Shown here: piece by piece, positions 10,883-20,372 of the stretch
Layout of the letters: each line of letters opens with the position of its first letter
Position numbering within the stretch: the stretch's first letter is position 1
Assembly (NCBI GenBank): GCA_963755715.1
Contig: CAVWLW010000059.1
Coordinates: 1 to 64,000, forward strand
Length of the DNA: 64,000 nucleotides
Origin: an uncultured delta proteobacterium
GTDB lineage: Bacteria > Desulfobacterota > Binatia > UBA9968
Direction of reading: 5' to 3'
Position numbers and translations under genes: made by a program
Notes under the pieces: model-generated
The model's input: only the letters and a program-made list of their open reading frames with translations
The model's database searches: none
What the model was told of the DNA's origin: nothing

Positions 10883-11896
10883 ATGAAACCACGGCGACTT
10901 TGGTTTACGCATGGGACGATCTCGCTCGCGCAACTCTGTGCGACAGTACTTTTTGCCGTCGCTGCGACCCAAGCGGCGCGCGCGCAATCCCTCACCAATT
11001 TTCGTATCGCGAACGGCACGAGCGGCGAAAATCCCGCGGTGCTCTGGGTCGGCGTCGATCAGGGCTTTTATCGCAAGCACGGCCTCAACGTCGAGGTCAT
11101 TTACATGCGCGTTGGATCGCTCGCCGCGTCGGCGTTGGTTTCCGGTGATGTGAACGCAGTGCTAACCAGCTCCAACGCCGTTTTGAATCTCGCCGCCGGA
11201 GGGTTGGATGTCGTGATCATCGGGGCGCTGTTCCAACGCCCCGAAGGGGATTTCATGGCTCGCCCTGAGTTCAAGAGACCCGAGGATCTTAAGGGCAAAT
11301 TGGTCGCGATTCAAAGTGTCGGCGGCGGCGGTTGGGCGAACAATATGCTGGCTCTGGATTACCTCGGACTCGATCCGGACCGCGACAACATCCGTTTCAT
11401 CGTTCTGGGCGATCAGCCCTCGCGCATCCAAGCTCTCGAAACCGGCCGCGCCCAAGCATCCTGGATGGGCTCGACCTTCAGCGCGCCGCTCAAGAAAAAA
11501 GGCTACACGCTTCTGCTCGATTTAAGCCGTGCGCCGATTCCCTACGTCGGCTCGTCCTTGGTGGTCAGGAAGACCGCGGCACATCAGGAGGCGAAGACCT
11601 ACGAAGCGTTGCTTAAGGGAACCATCGATTCGCTGCGGTTCTTTCAAAAACCGGAAAACAAACCGGTTGTCCTAAGGACGATGGCCAAACAACTCCGGCT
11701 TAACCGCGTGGAAGATGCGGAAATCGGCTACAACGCGATGGTCGCGGCCTACAGCAACGACTTGAAGCCCAAACCCGAAGGCCTGCAAAAGATTTACTCT
11801 ATCCTGTCCCGAACCAATCCCAAGCTCTCCACGTTGAAGCCGGAAACCGTCCTTGACGCTACGTTCATTCAGAGAATCCAGTCGAGCGGATATTGA
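10883..11896 (+). CDS. ABC-type substrate-binding protein (NMT1/SsuA-like)
   Basis: Signal peptide, GFYRKHGLNVEVI and EDLKGK motifs. Confidence 0.88.
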   Translation: MKPRRLWFTHGTISLAQLCATVLFAVAATQAARAQSLTNFRIANGTSGENPAVLWVGVDQGFYRKHGLNVEVIYMRVGSLAASALVSGDVNAVLTSSNAVLNLAAGGLDVVIIGALFQRPEGDFMARPEFKRPEDLKGKLVAIQSVGGGGWANNMLALDYLGLDPDRDNIRFIVLGDQPSRIQALETGRAQASWMGSTFSAPLKKKGYTLLLDLSRAPIPYVGSSLVVRKTAAHQEAKTYEALLKGTIDSLRFFQKPENKPVVLRTMAKQLRLNRVEDAEIGYNAMVAAYSNDLKPKPEGLQKIYSILSRTNPKLSTLKPETVLDATFIQRIQSSGY

Positions 11897-11925
11897 ACGG
11901 AGAAGCAAACTAGGAAGAGGCTTGC

Positions 11926-12030
11926 CTTGCCGATTTTTTTGCGGTTGCTTGTGTTCACCGAGTCAGGCGTCGCGCAGCTGCAAAAGTTTCGCGCTGCCAA
12001 CGGCGTTTCGGAGAAAACCAAAGAGGGTAA
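11926..12030 (+). pseudogene. N-terminal remnant of an SBP paralog
   Basis: LPIFLRLLVFTESGVAQLQKFRAANGVSE resembles AQSLTNFRIANGTSGE of the upstream SBP. Confidence 0.45.
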
Positions 12031-12033
12031 TCC

Positions 12034-12420
12034 ATGATCGCCCACATCGGCATCACAGTCAGCGACATCGAGATAAGTAAAAAGTTTTACGCTCAAGCGC
12101 TCAACCCGATCGGCTATCAATTACTGCGCGAATACGACGTGACACCGGCGCGGCCCGCCGCGAGCGCGGGATTTGGCGAGCCGCCGCGCGCCGATCTGTG
12201 GATTTACCAGGGCAAGCCGAACGTGGCGAGCACGCACATCGCTTTTCTAGTTACCAAACGGACGCTGGTCGACGATTTTTATCGCGCCGCGGTGGCAGCG
12301 GGCGGGCGAAACAACGGCGAACCGGGATTACGGCCGCAATATAGCGCCAATTATTATGGCGCCTTCGTCCTCGATCCCGACGGTTACAATATTGAAGCGG
12401 TGTGCAGAGAAGCGGAGTGA
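12034..12420 (+). CDS. VOC/glyoxalase family protein
   Basis: HIGITVSD...FY, THIAF, GEPGLRPQY and FVLDPDGYNIE motifs. Confidence 0.92.
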   Translation: MIAHIGITVSDIEISKKFYAQALNPIGYQLLREYDVTPARPAASAGFGEPPRADLWIYQGKPNVASTHIAFLVTKRTLVDDFYRAAVAAGGRNNGEPGLRPQYSANYYGAFVLDPDGYNIEAVCREAE

Positions 12421-12459
12421 ATAAGAGCTTGTGAGGTTAACAATAAGATGGCGCGTTTT

Positions 12460-12663
12460 TTACTGGGTATCTTTGCGCCGAACGTTGGAGTGTTTCATCA
12501 ACCAATTCTCAATCATTTTTCTTTTGAAGCGCCACTGATTTCCCACTTTGAACGCCGGCAGCTCCTTGTCCGCTAACAGTCGATAGACAGTGAATTTATC
12601 GACGTTTAAATATTCGGCTACTTGTTCTAGCGTCAGCAGTTGTTGGGGCAGTTGTTCGGGCAT
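12460..12663 (-). CDS. small excisionase-like helix-turn-helix DNA-binding protein
   Basis: LLTLEQVAEYLNV...TVYRL...LPAFKVGNQWRF. Confidence 0.88.
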   Translation of the reverse strand: MPEQLPQQLLTLEQVAEYLNVDKFTVYRLLADKELPAFKVGNQWRFKRKMIENWLMKHSNVRRKDTQ

Positions 12664-12905
12664 AGGCTACCAGTCCTCTACGAGTTATCCTTCAGACTCT
12701 CGAAAAATCCTTTCCCATTGCCATCAGTGAAACACCCTGAGATATTGGGGACAAGTTCTTATGTCAAAAAAAGATGAATAGCAAGCCCGAAAGTCGAGGC
12801 CGATAGGGAGGTCAAACCTCCGCCTTTTCGGGCTCGAAACCGAGCCCGATTGCGCGAAATCGCGATGCAGCTATGGGGAAAAAAATGGGCTGGCGGCGCA
12901 GCCGC

Positions 12906-13250
12906 TTACTTCGCCGCGCAGACCGTGATCTCGACCAGTGTGCCGGGAGTGAGTACGGCGCCGACCGCGGTGCGGGTCGGCAAATTCGACCTATCGACCC
13001 ATGCCATCCAGGCTTCGTTCATCTCGTCTTTGAGACCGGCATCGGCCATATAAACCGTCGCGCTTAAAATCCGCGACTTATGGGTGCCCGCCTTGGCGAG
13101 AACAGTGTCGATCTTTTTCAGCACTTCGGCCGTCTGCCCCTTCATGTCGAGCGATTTGTCATCGGCGACCGTGCCGGAGAGAAAAACCAGATCGCCAAAA
13201 ACCGCCGCGCTGCAATTCCATTCACGCGGATTGATTCTCTGTATGTCCAT
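12906..13250 (-). CDS. RidA/YjgF family protein
   Basis: VFLSGTV, QTAEVLKKID, MNEAW, PTRTAV and LVEI motifs. Confidence 0.9.
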   Translation of the reverse strand: MDIQRINPREWNCSAAVFGDLVFLSGTVADDKSLDMKGQTAEVLKKIDTVLAKAGTHKSRILSATVYMADAGLKDEMNEAWMAWVDRSNLPTRTAVGAVLTPGTLVEITVCAAK

Positions 13251-13345
13251 TGTCTTCCGTGCTCCTTTTGATGTGTCGGGCGACCGGCCGGTCGCCCCTA
13301 CCGCCGTCGTGTCTATTGCCTGTTGCCTAGTGGCTATTGCCGATC

Positions 13346-14731
13346 CTAAATCGGCGGTCTTTGCTCATACCATTTCATGTGCTGCTGATACGTGTAACCG
13401 GCGCGCAAAACAGACACCTCATCGAACGGCTTTCCCACCAGTTGCAACGCGATGGGGAGATTGTCTTCGGAGAATCCGCACGGCACGGACAACGTCGGCA
13501 ATCCGGTCAAATTAAACGGTCCGTGAAATTCCGGCACGACATGTTTAAACAACGTATCGATCGGGCCCACGTCTTTGATCAGCGGCGCCGGGCCCGCCTG
13601 GTTGGGGAGAGCCAAGCAATTCACCTTCTGAAAAACGTCGGCCAGCTCAGCGCGGCAGCGGCTGCGAATGCGCTGCGCTTGAATATAATCGGCAGACCCC
13701 GTCAGCAAGCCCAAGTAAATCCGCGCGCGTCGCTGCGCCGCGCCGGTGTTCAATATGGTGGCCGCGTCGCTTTTGTGCGCCGCCCAAAACTCGTTGTAGT
13801 AAATGACGGCGTTGGCAATGGTCGCCAAGTGGAGCGTTGGAATCTTAACTTCTTCCACGCGCGCGCCCAACGATCTAAGCTCGCTGATCGCTTCCTCCAC
13901 CCGTTTCAATACGATCGGCGCCGTGCGCGGCGCGCATTCGTCGATGTAAGCCTGCGGCACGCCGATCACCATACCTTTCACGTCGGCACGCAGCGCGCTC
14001 GCATAATCGGCCAGCGGCGCACTGCTCGACGTCGGATCTTTCGGATCGTGGCCGGCGATCGCGTTGAGCATATACGCCAGATCTTCGACGACCCGCGCCA
14101 TCGGCCCGCAGTGATCGAGCGACCAACTGAGCGGTGCAAGACCGTGACGGCTAACCCGCCCATAGGTCGCTTTCAAACCGGCGAGACCGCAGAATGCCGA
14201 CGGATTGCGAATCGAGCCCGCGGTATCTTCGCCGAGAGAACCCAGGCATAAACCGCCGGCCAACGCCGCGCCCGAGCCCGTGCTCGATCCGCCGGTGATA
14301 TGCTCCGTGTTCCACGGATTGCGTGGAATCGGCAACTCAGTATCCGGCAAGCTGCTCATGTGCAGTTTGCCCATCATGATCGCGCCCGCTTCGCGCAGCT
14401 TCCGCACTGCCGTCGCGTCGCCCACCCCTTTGGTAAATTGGCGAATGCGCGCCGGCGCGCCCTCGACGTCCAGTTGGTCCTTCACCGCGATGGGAATGCC
14501 ATGCATCGGCCCGCGCCAATTGCCTTTGGCAATCTCCGCCTCGGCCGCACTGGCTTCGCGCAGCGCGCTTTCCGCCATTAAATTGATATAAGCGTGCAGC
14601 TTGCCGTCGACGGCGTGAATGCGCTCGAGCACCGCCTTGGTCAAATCGACCGGCGAGAGTTGGCGGTCCTTAATAAGTTGCTGCGCTTCATGAATCGACA
14701 AGTAATAGAGCGGCTTTTCTGCGACGGCCAT
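13346..14731 (-). CDS. amidase signature family enzyme
   Basis: Lys-Ser-Ser triad motifs PIAVKD, GGSSTGS and DTAGSIR; AAAGGAG RBS before ATG 14731. Confidence 0.92.
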   Translation of the reverse strand: MAVAEKPLYYLSIHEAQQLIKDRQLSPVDLTKAVLERIHAVDGKLHAYINLMAESALREASAAEAEIAKGNWRGPMHGIPIAVKDQLDVEGAPARIRQFTKGVGDATAVRKLREAGAIMMGKLHMSSLPDTELPIPRNPWNTEHITGGSSTGSGAALAGGLCLGSLGEDTAGSIRNPSAFCGLAGLKATYGRVSRHGLAPLSWSLDHCGPMARVVEDLAYMLNAIAGHDPKDPTSSSAPLADYASALRADVKGMVIGVPQAYIDECAPRTAPIVLKRVEEAISELRSLGARVEEVKIPTLHLATIANAVIYYNEFWAAHKSDAATILNTGAAQRRARIYLGLLTGSADYIQAQRIRSRCRAELADVFQKVNCLALPNQAGPAPLIKDVGPIDTLFKHVVPEFHGPFNLTGLPTLSVPCGFSEDNLPIALQLVGKPFDEVSVLRAGYTYQQHMKWYEQRPPI

Positions 14732-14864
14732 GATTGGACTCCTTTCGATTTTCCAAATCGAGGAACGACGAAGAAAGATTTCTCCCTTAGGTCGAAATGA
14801 CACAACTGAGTCGCATTACCGGAGTCTTGTCATTTCGACCGAAGTGAGAGATCTTTCTTTGATC

Positions 14865-15058
14865 CTATTTTCCCGTCCACTCCGGGCGAAACACCGGACC
14901 CAAGTTCTTCCGCACCCAAATTCACGGAGTGCAACTGCTTTAAATTTTCCATGTACAAGCTCGATGATCTTTGAAAACTGCTCCAAGTCCCCTGCTTTCG
15001 GTTCCAGTCCTTCGCGTTTCAGCACCGCGATCAGATTTTCCTCGATCAATTTATCCAT
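14865..15058 (-). CDS. small GatC/AtzG-like protein (two apparent 1-bp insertions)
   Basis: RBS GGAGA. Correcting two indels gives MDKLIEENLIAVLKREGLEPKAGDLEQFSKIIELYMENLKQLHSVNLGAEELGPVFRPEWTGK*, directly upstream of the amidase. Confidence 0.5.
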
Positions 15059-15070
15059 GATCTTTTCTCC

Positions 15071-16870
15071 TTAGCGCGGCTGCGTGATCACATCCACCAC
15101 CGCCGGCTTGCCGCTTTCGACGATCGCTATGGCTTTGTCCAAGGTCGGCCCGAGCTGGTCCGGTTCGGTGATCGGGCCGAAAGCATCGACGTGAAGTCCG
15201 CGCGCGATCGCCGCGAGATCGGGCGCCGGCTCTTCGATGCGGATACCGATGCCTTTGTTCTCGACCGGGCGTTGACGCGCGCGCGCCATGCGTTCTTGAT
15301 GCTCCTCGTCGTTGTAATAGGAACGGTTGTTGAGCACGACCACGAGGAGCGGGATGTGGTACTTCGCCGCCGTCCAGAGCGCATTCGAAGTCATCAAAAA
15401 ATCACCGTCGCCGAGAATGCTCACGCACAGCCGGCCGCTTTCCCTGAAACCGAGCGCCGCGCCGATCGACGAAGGCAGTCCATAGCCGACCCCGCCGCCG
15501 CGCCCGCCGCCCATGCCGTGCGCCGGCTCGGTCACCTCGATCGCTTCGCGCCAGCGCCGTCCGTGCGACGACACCAGCGCCCAGGATTTTCCTTGTACCC
15601 GTTTGTTGATCTCCGTGAAAAAGCGCGCTTGCGAGATCGGTTTTTCGTTCCAAGTTTTTTCGATCCACTCTTGGCTCTTTTGCCGCGTCTCGCGATAGAT
15701 CGCTTCGATCTTCGTTCGTCGTTCCTGCACTTGCTTGGCGGAATCCTTGTTGGCGCTCAAGCGCTCGCGCACCTGCTCGAGCAACTGCGGCAATACGACC
15801 GCGGTATCGGCCGCCATCGGCACGTGCACGGGCAAGAGCCACATGTTATCGCTCACCCAGCTCTGGCGCTCGAGATCGAGCAACGTGATATGAATAACTT
15901 TGCAGCTCGGTGCAATGATCGGCGCGAAATTGCCGCGCTCGCGCACGGACGGCCCAAGCGGCACGCCCAAGCTCGGCACGTCGAGCGCCAACACGACGTC
16001 GGCGCCGCGCAAGGCGTCTTCACGCGCGTTGGTCAAATTCAATGGATGCGTGCTCGGAAATGCAAAGCGCCCGTCGGAGTCAATGACCGCCGCGCCCAGG
16101 GCTTCGGCCAGATCGAGCATCGGTGGCAGCGCTTTCGGGTTGCGTCCGACTTCGCCGGCGACGATCACCGGCCACTGGGCTTCGGCCAAAAGCCGCGACG
16201 CGTTGCGCAGCGATTCCGGGTTGGGCCCTGGCCCCGGCGGCGGACGGAAGAATTGCGCGTGCGGCACGACCATCGGTTTATCGATTTTCGCTTCCTGCAC
16301 GTCGCTATCGAGGCAGATGTAAACCGGGCCCTTCGGCTCGGTCATAGCAATCCGATAGGCCTTCAAGAAAGATTCGGCGACGGCGTCCACCGTATTCGGT
16401 TGGTCATCGAATTTCACATACTCACGCACCGCCAAACCCTGCACGTTCGCCGTGTGCACCCAATCCGTCGAGCGCCGGTTGGTGGTGTCCTGCGGCCCGC
16501 CGCCGCCGAGATTGAGTATCGGCGTGCGGTCGCACCAGGCGTTGAAGATCGCCATACTGGCGTGCTGCAAACCGACGATGTTGTGCAAGCCCGTCGCCAT
16601 GATCTCGCCGGTGGCGCGCGCGTAGCCGTTGGCAATCGCCACGGCGATCTCTTCGTGCGTGCACATGATCATCTCCGGCCCTTTGCCGGACTCGAAATTG
16701 ACCAGCGAATCGTGGAAACCGCGGTAACTCGCGCCGGGATTGAGCGCAATATATTTGATGCCCAACTCGCGCAACATCTCGGCCATCAGGTCGGAGCCGT
16801 ACTGGGCGTTGCTCCGGCGGCCGATCCCCGCCGCCCAGACTTCGGGAGTGCCTTTGCTTTGTTCTGCCAT
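15071..16870 (-). CDS. thiamine pyrophosphate-dependent enzyme (ALS/BFDC superfamily)
   Basis: NPGAS, CTHEE and GDGDFLM...NN TPP motifs. Confidence 0.92.
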   Translation of the reverse strand: MAEQSKGTPEVWAAGIGRRSNAQYGSDLMAEMLRELGIKYIALNPGASYRGFHDSLVNFESGKGPEMIMCTHEEIAVAIANGYARATGEIMATGLHNIVGLQHASMAIFNAWCDRTPILNLGGGGPQDTTNRRSTDWVHTANVQGLAVREYVKFDDQPNTVDAVAESFLKAYRIAMTEPKGPVYICLDSDVQEAKIDKPMVVPHAQFFRPPPGPGPNPESLRNASRLLAEAQWPVIVAGEVGRNPKALPPMLDLAEALGAAVIDSDGRFAFPSTHPLNLTNAREDALRGADVVLALDVPSLGVPLGPSVRERGNFAPIIAPSCKVIHITLLDLERQSWVSDNMWLLPVHVPMAADTAVVLPQLLEQVRERLSANKDSAKQVQERRTKIEAIYRETRQKSQEWIEKTWNEKPISQARFFTEINKRVQGKSWALVSSHGRRWREAIEVTEPAHGMGGGRGGGVGYGLPSSIGAALGFRESGRLCVSILGDGDFLMTSNALWTAAKYHIPLLVVVLNNRSYYNDEEHQERMARARQRPVENKGIGIRIEEPAPDLAAIARGLHVDAFGPITEPDQLGPTLDKAIAIVESGKPAVVDVITQPR

Positions 16871-16954
16871 CTTTCCTCCGTGTGAAAATATCGTCCAGCA
16901 AACTTCGATCGCAGCGCCGTAAGTTATCAGTCCTTGCGCCGTTGCTTCAATAGG

Positions 16955-17503
16955 CTATTTCAATCCTGCGCCGCTTAGCCGCAGCTGTTCGTTCACCAAA
17001 TCAATTGCTCCCTCCGCATCGGCCCGGTGCTCGCCAGGACGCGCGCCGCCGCTCGGGTGATGTGGGATTTCCACCAAGGGCAGCTTGCTCAAGCCAAAAA
17101 ACTTGGCCTCGGTGCGCGCCAGTTCCATAAAAATCGACTGGCAGAGCGTCACCGTTGGCTTTCCTTTCTTTTGCAACTCGATGGCGTCGTGGACACTCCA
17201 CGACGTACAAGACCCTCAAGCGCCCAAACCGGTAATCACCGCGTCGCAACGGTTTAAGATTTCCTCCATGATCGGTTTCGGCGCGCCTTGCATATGTGTC
17301 GGCTTGGTCTTGAACAGAACTTCTTTGGTGTGAAATTTTTCTCCAATCAGTTGCGCCAACTCTTGGAACATCGCCGTCGAGTTGGCCTGACCGTTGTCGA
17401 TGATGCCGATAACCCGCCCTTCAAGCGTATCGAGTCCCGGCACCAGCGGCCGGTCTTTGGGATTTAACGTCACCCTCGGATCGAGGAATTTGATCGTCGC
17501 CAT
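16955..17503 (-). CDS. UGSC-type selenoprotein (182 aa; Sec at codon 96, TGA at 17216-17218)
   Basis: ORFs 17216..17503 and 16955..17176 are in the same frame. Read-through gives VITGLGA-U-GSCTSWSVHDAIELQKKGKPTV, followed by a SECIS-like hairpin. Confidence 0.88.
17186..17204 (-). promoter_or_regulatory. putative bacterial SECIS hairpin
   Basis: mRNA GUCGUGGA-GUG-UCCACGAC: perfect 8-bp stem with a G-containing loop, starting 11 nt after UGA. Confidence 0.8.
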
Positions 17504-17795
17504 AATGCTGTCCCCCTAAGATGAGCGAAAGTTGATTGTTTCCTTATAGGCAAAGTCGCCCTTCGGCTGCAACCTTGTCGGCCGGCGATTTCTCGTTGAC
17601 AGGTTTGGGCAATTGTTTTAGCTCTAGCACGTTGCTGAAAAAAAGCTTCGGAATGCTTCGAGGGCCTCAGCATGAACGGAAAACCATCAATGATCGCACT
17701 AAGCGTCCGTTCGTCCTGAGCCCGGTCGAAGGACTCCGATAGAGTGTTTCAGCAGCCGGGCTAACGTCGTAACCGCCGCAAGAAACTTTTTTTCA

Positions 17796-18764
17796 ATGAA
17801 ACGCTTTTCTCCATCGACCCGCCACGGTTGGGCATTCCTCGCTGCGGCACTCTCTTTTATCGAACCGAGTATCTCCGGCGCGCAGGCGACATCTCTACGC
17901 GTCGGCACCAATTCACCGGCAAGCACCGAAGCCGTGCTGTTCAGCATCGCTAAGGACGCCGGTATTCTGAAACAGCATCAACTGGACGCCGAAGTGATCT
18001 ACATCGCCGGCGGCACGCTGTCGATGCAAGCGCTGGTCGGTCGCAGTCTCGATTTCATGTGCACGGGCGGGACTCCGTTCATCTACGCTTACCTGGAAGG
18101 TGTCCAGGGGAAGATCATCGGCGGAGTCAATAATCGCCTGCCCTACGGCTTCGTCTCGCTCGCCAATATCAAGACGCCGGCGCAGCTCAAAGGCAAAAGA
18201 ATCGGCATCAGCCGTTTCGGCAGCACCGACGACTTCGCGGTCAAACTAGCTCTGGCGCAATTTGGCTTGAACCCGAAAACCGACGTCAGCATCACCCAAA
18301 TCGGCGGCGCCGCGACTCGGCTCACGGCGCTCCAAGCCGGCAGCATCGATGCCGCCGTTCTCACCCTCGGTCTCGTGCAAATCGCGCAGAAAAGCAATCT
18401 TAACTTATTGTTGGACTTCATCGAAAAGGACATCGAGTACCAACAGGTCGCCATTATCGCGCGCGATGATTTGCTCAAAGCGCGCGCCGACGTCGTGCGC
18501 CGTTTCATGAAAGCGTATACGGAAGGGATTCGCTATTACAAAAGTCAAAAAGAAGTCGCCGTTCGAAAAACCATGGAGAAATTGCGTACCAACGACCGTG
18601 CGATCGGGGAATTCGACTACAATCAGCGCGTCCGCGCGCTCCCCGACGACGCCAAGCCGACGATCAAAGGGATGCAACTCGCCCTCGACGACATAGCCAA
18701 GGACAATCCGAAAGCGAAAAATCTTACGATCTCGCAGCTGGTGGATTTGAGTTTCATTCCGTAA
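17796..18764 (+). CDS. ABC-type substrate-binding protein (NMT1/SsuA-like)
   Basis: Signal peptide and QLKGKRIGISRFGS motif. Confidence 0.9.
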   Translation: MKRFSPSTRHGWAFLAAALSFIEPSISGAQATSLRVGTNSPASTEAVLFSIAKDAGILKQHQLDAEVIYIAGGTLSMQALVGRSLDFMCTGGTPFIYAYLEGVQGKIIGGVNNRLPYGFVSLANIKTPAQLKGKRIGISRFGSTDDFAVKLALAQFGLNPKTDVSITQIGGAATRLTALQAGSIDAAVLTLGLVQIAQKSNLNLLLDFIEKDIEYQQVAIIARDDLLKARADVVRRFMKAYTEGIRYYKSQKEVAVRKTMEKLRTNDRAIGEFDYNQRVRALPDDAKPTIKGMQLALDDIAKDNPKAKNLTISQLVDLSFIP

Positions 18765-18781
18765 ATAAGTGGAGGTGAATT

Positions 18782-19879
18782 ATGCCCGGTGTGATCGATG
18801 CCGATACTCATATCGCCGAATCGGAAGCCATGTGGCAGATGATCGACGAGAAGATGTACCCGCGTAGACCGGTTTTGCTGTCTCTGCCGGACGACACCTT
18901 ATACGGCGGCTGGAATGCGACCTGGCTCATCGACGGCAACATTTTCCCCAAGCCGGTCGGCAAAGGCGGCTTCCGTCTCGTCACCCCATCGGCTTCGAAG
19001 ATCCAGTCGAACAGACGCGATATTCAGGTCGGGTGCCGAGAGCTGACCGACGTCGCGGCCCGGCTTGCCGATATGGATCGTGGCGGCATCGCGGCTCAGG
19101 TCGTTTATCCGACCTTGTTTCTGATTTATCTCACGGACGACGCCGAGCTCGACGTGGCATTGTGCCGCGCCTATAACCGCTTCATGGCGCAAGCCTGCGC
19201 GCAGAGTCACGGCCGCATCCACTGGGTGGCGATCCCGCCGCTGCGCTGCATCGAGGAATCCGTGAAGGAGTTGAAGTGGGCCAAGCAAAACGGCGCCGTC
19301 GGCGTGTTCTTCCGCGGCATGGAAGGCAACTTGACGTTGGACAACCCGTACTTTTTTCCGGTCTATCACACGGCGATGGAGCTCGATCTACCGATCTGCA
19401 TTCACACCGGCTCGGGAACACCGGCCGTCACCGCGATGTTCGATCTCGAACGCAATCGGCAATGGTCTCACTCCGGCTTCCCACCGCTGCACGCGTTTCG
19501 CGATCTCGTGCTCAATCAGATTCCCGACATGTTTCCCAAACTACGCTTTGGCTTCATCGAAGCGTCTGCGAGTTGGATCCCGTACTTGATCCACAAACTA
19601 CGGCGCGACAACACCAAGCGCTGGAAAGCATCGTGGCAATCCCCTGCAGATCTTTTCGATGATTGCCGTTTTTTCGTCGCCTGCGAGGCCGACGAAGATA
19701 TTCCCTACCTGATCCAATACACCGGTGAAGGTCACCTGCTCACCGGCTCCGACTACGGCCACAATGATCCTGCGGAACAAGCTCATCTGGTGACGCAGAT
19801 GAGAGCGCGCGAAGATCTGCCGCCGAGTCTCGTGGAAAAGATTTTGTGCGACAATCCGAAAACACTTTACGGGATATAA
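18782..19879 (+). CDS. amidohydrolase_2 family protein
   Basis: IDADTH, YPTLFL, CIHTG, IEAS and GSDYGHND motifs; GGAGGT RBS. Confidence 0.92.
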   Translation: MPGVIDADTHIAESEAMWQMIDEKMYPRRPVLLSLPDDTLYGGWNATWLIDGNIFPKPVGKGGFRLVTPSASKIQSNRRDIQVGCRELTDVAARLADMDRGGIAAQVVYPTLFLIYLTDDAELDVALCRAYNRFMAQACAQSHGRIHWVAIPPLRCIEESVKELKWAKQNGAVGVFFRGMEGNLTLDNPYFFPVYHTAMELDLPICIHTGSGTPAVTAMFDLERNRQWSHSGFPPLHAFRDLVLNQIPDMFPKLRFGFIEASASWIPYLIHKLRRDNTKRWKASWQSPADLFDDCRFFVACEADEDIPYLIQYTGEGHLLTGSDYGHNDPAEQAHLVTQMRAREDLPPSLVEKILCDNPKTLYGI

Positions 19880-19950
19880 TGCGACTCGTAAAAAGCGCAG
19901 CTTCATGACTCCAGACTTGGAAGCGTACTCGAAGTTGGTGACTAGCGTTG
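19800..19950 (+). repeat. direct repeat copy A (amidohydrolase 3' end plus downstream DNA)
   Basis: Aligns with 26089..26241; identical 36-nt core 19819-19854 = 26111-26146. Confidence 0.85.
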
Positions 19951-20070
19951 GGCAGATGATCCCGACAGAGAAAAGCAGACAAAGAAGACACTCGGATCAT
20001 GCCGAAGTTTAGGCAAAGGCCGATCACTCGGTCCCTGCCGGTTGAGTCTAGCACTTCCATTGAGGCTCTT

Positions 20071-20124
20071 GCCTAACATTCGTTGCAGCCGACTGCCCAC
20101 GGCGGCCGAACTCAAGCATTAGCA
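20071..20124 (+). mobile_element. degenerate integron attC site
   Basis: GCCTAAC ATTCGTTGCAGCCG ... CGGCCGAACTCAAGC ATTAGC; the core GTT is mutated to ATT. Confidence 0.55.
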
Positions 20125-20129
20125 TCGGT

Positions 20130-20372
20130 TCAGGGGCGTGGTGATTCCGGGAGATTTTCATCAATCCATTGTTTCACCCAATGGATGGTGGCATCTTCGG
20201 CCTGTTCTTTGGAACTAAACCCTTTTACGCCATCGTTATAGACCGTGATACCCAAGCTTCCCTTACGGGATTGAAACTTGGCCGCGGTTTCCCAGAGACC
20301 GTCGTGGTCCTCCGTCGCAAAATCTATCGCGTGGCCACGGTAGGAGCACGAACCTCTTGTTTGGTTTGCCAT
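20130..20372 (-). CDS. hypothetical protein
   Basis: Compact ORF MANQTRGSCSYRGHAIDF...FSSKEQAEDATIHWVKQWID; no family recognised. Confidence 0.55.
   Translation of the reverse strand: MANQTRGSCSYRGHAIDFATEDHDGLWETAAKFQSRKGSLGITVYNDGVKGFSSKEQAEDATIHWVKQWIDENLPESPRP

Noticed and set aside
12460-12663. Excisionase-like HTH as a prophage or ICE marker
   Set aside because: No integrase or phage genes nearby; such small HTH genes often stand alone.
15191-16885. Long antisense ORFs (also 7492..8625, 13337..14251, 41210..42463, 56458..57420)
   Set aside because: They are shadows of well-supported genes on the opposite strand in high-GC DNA and have no motifs.
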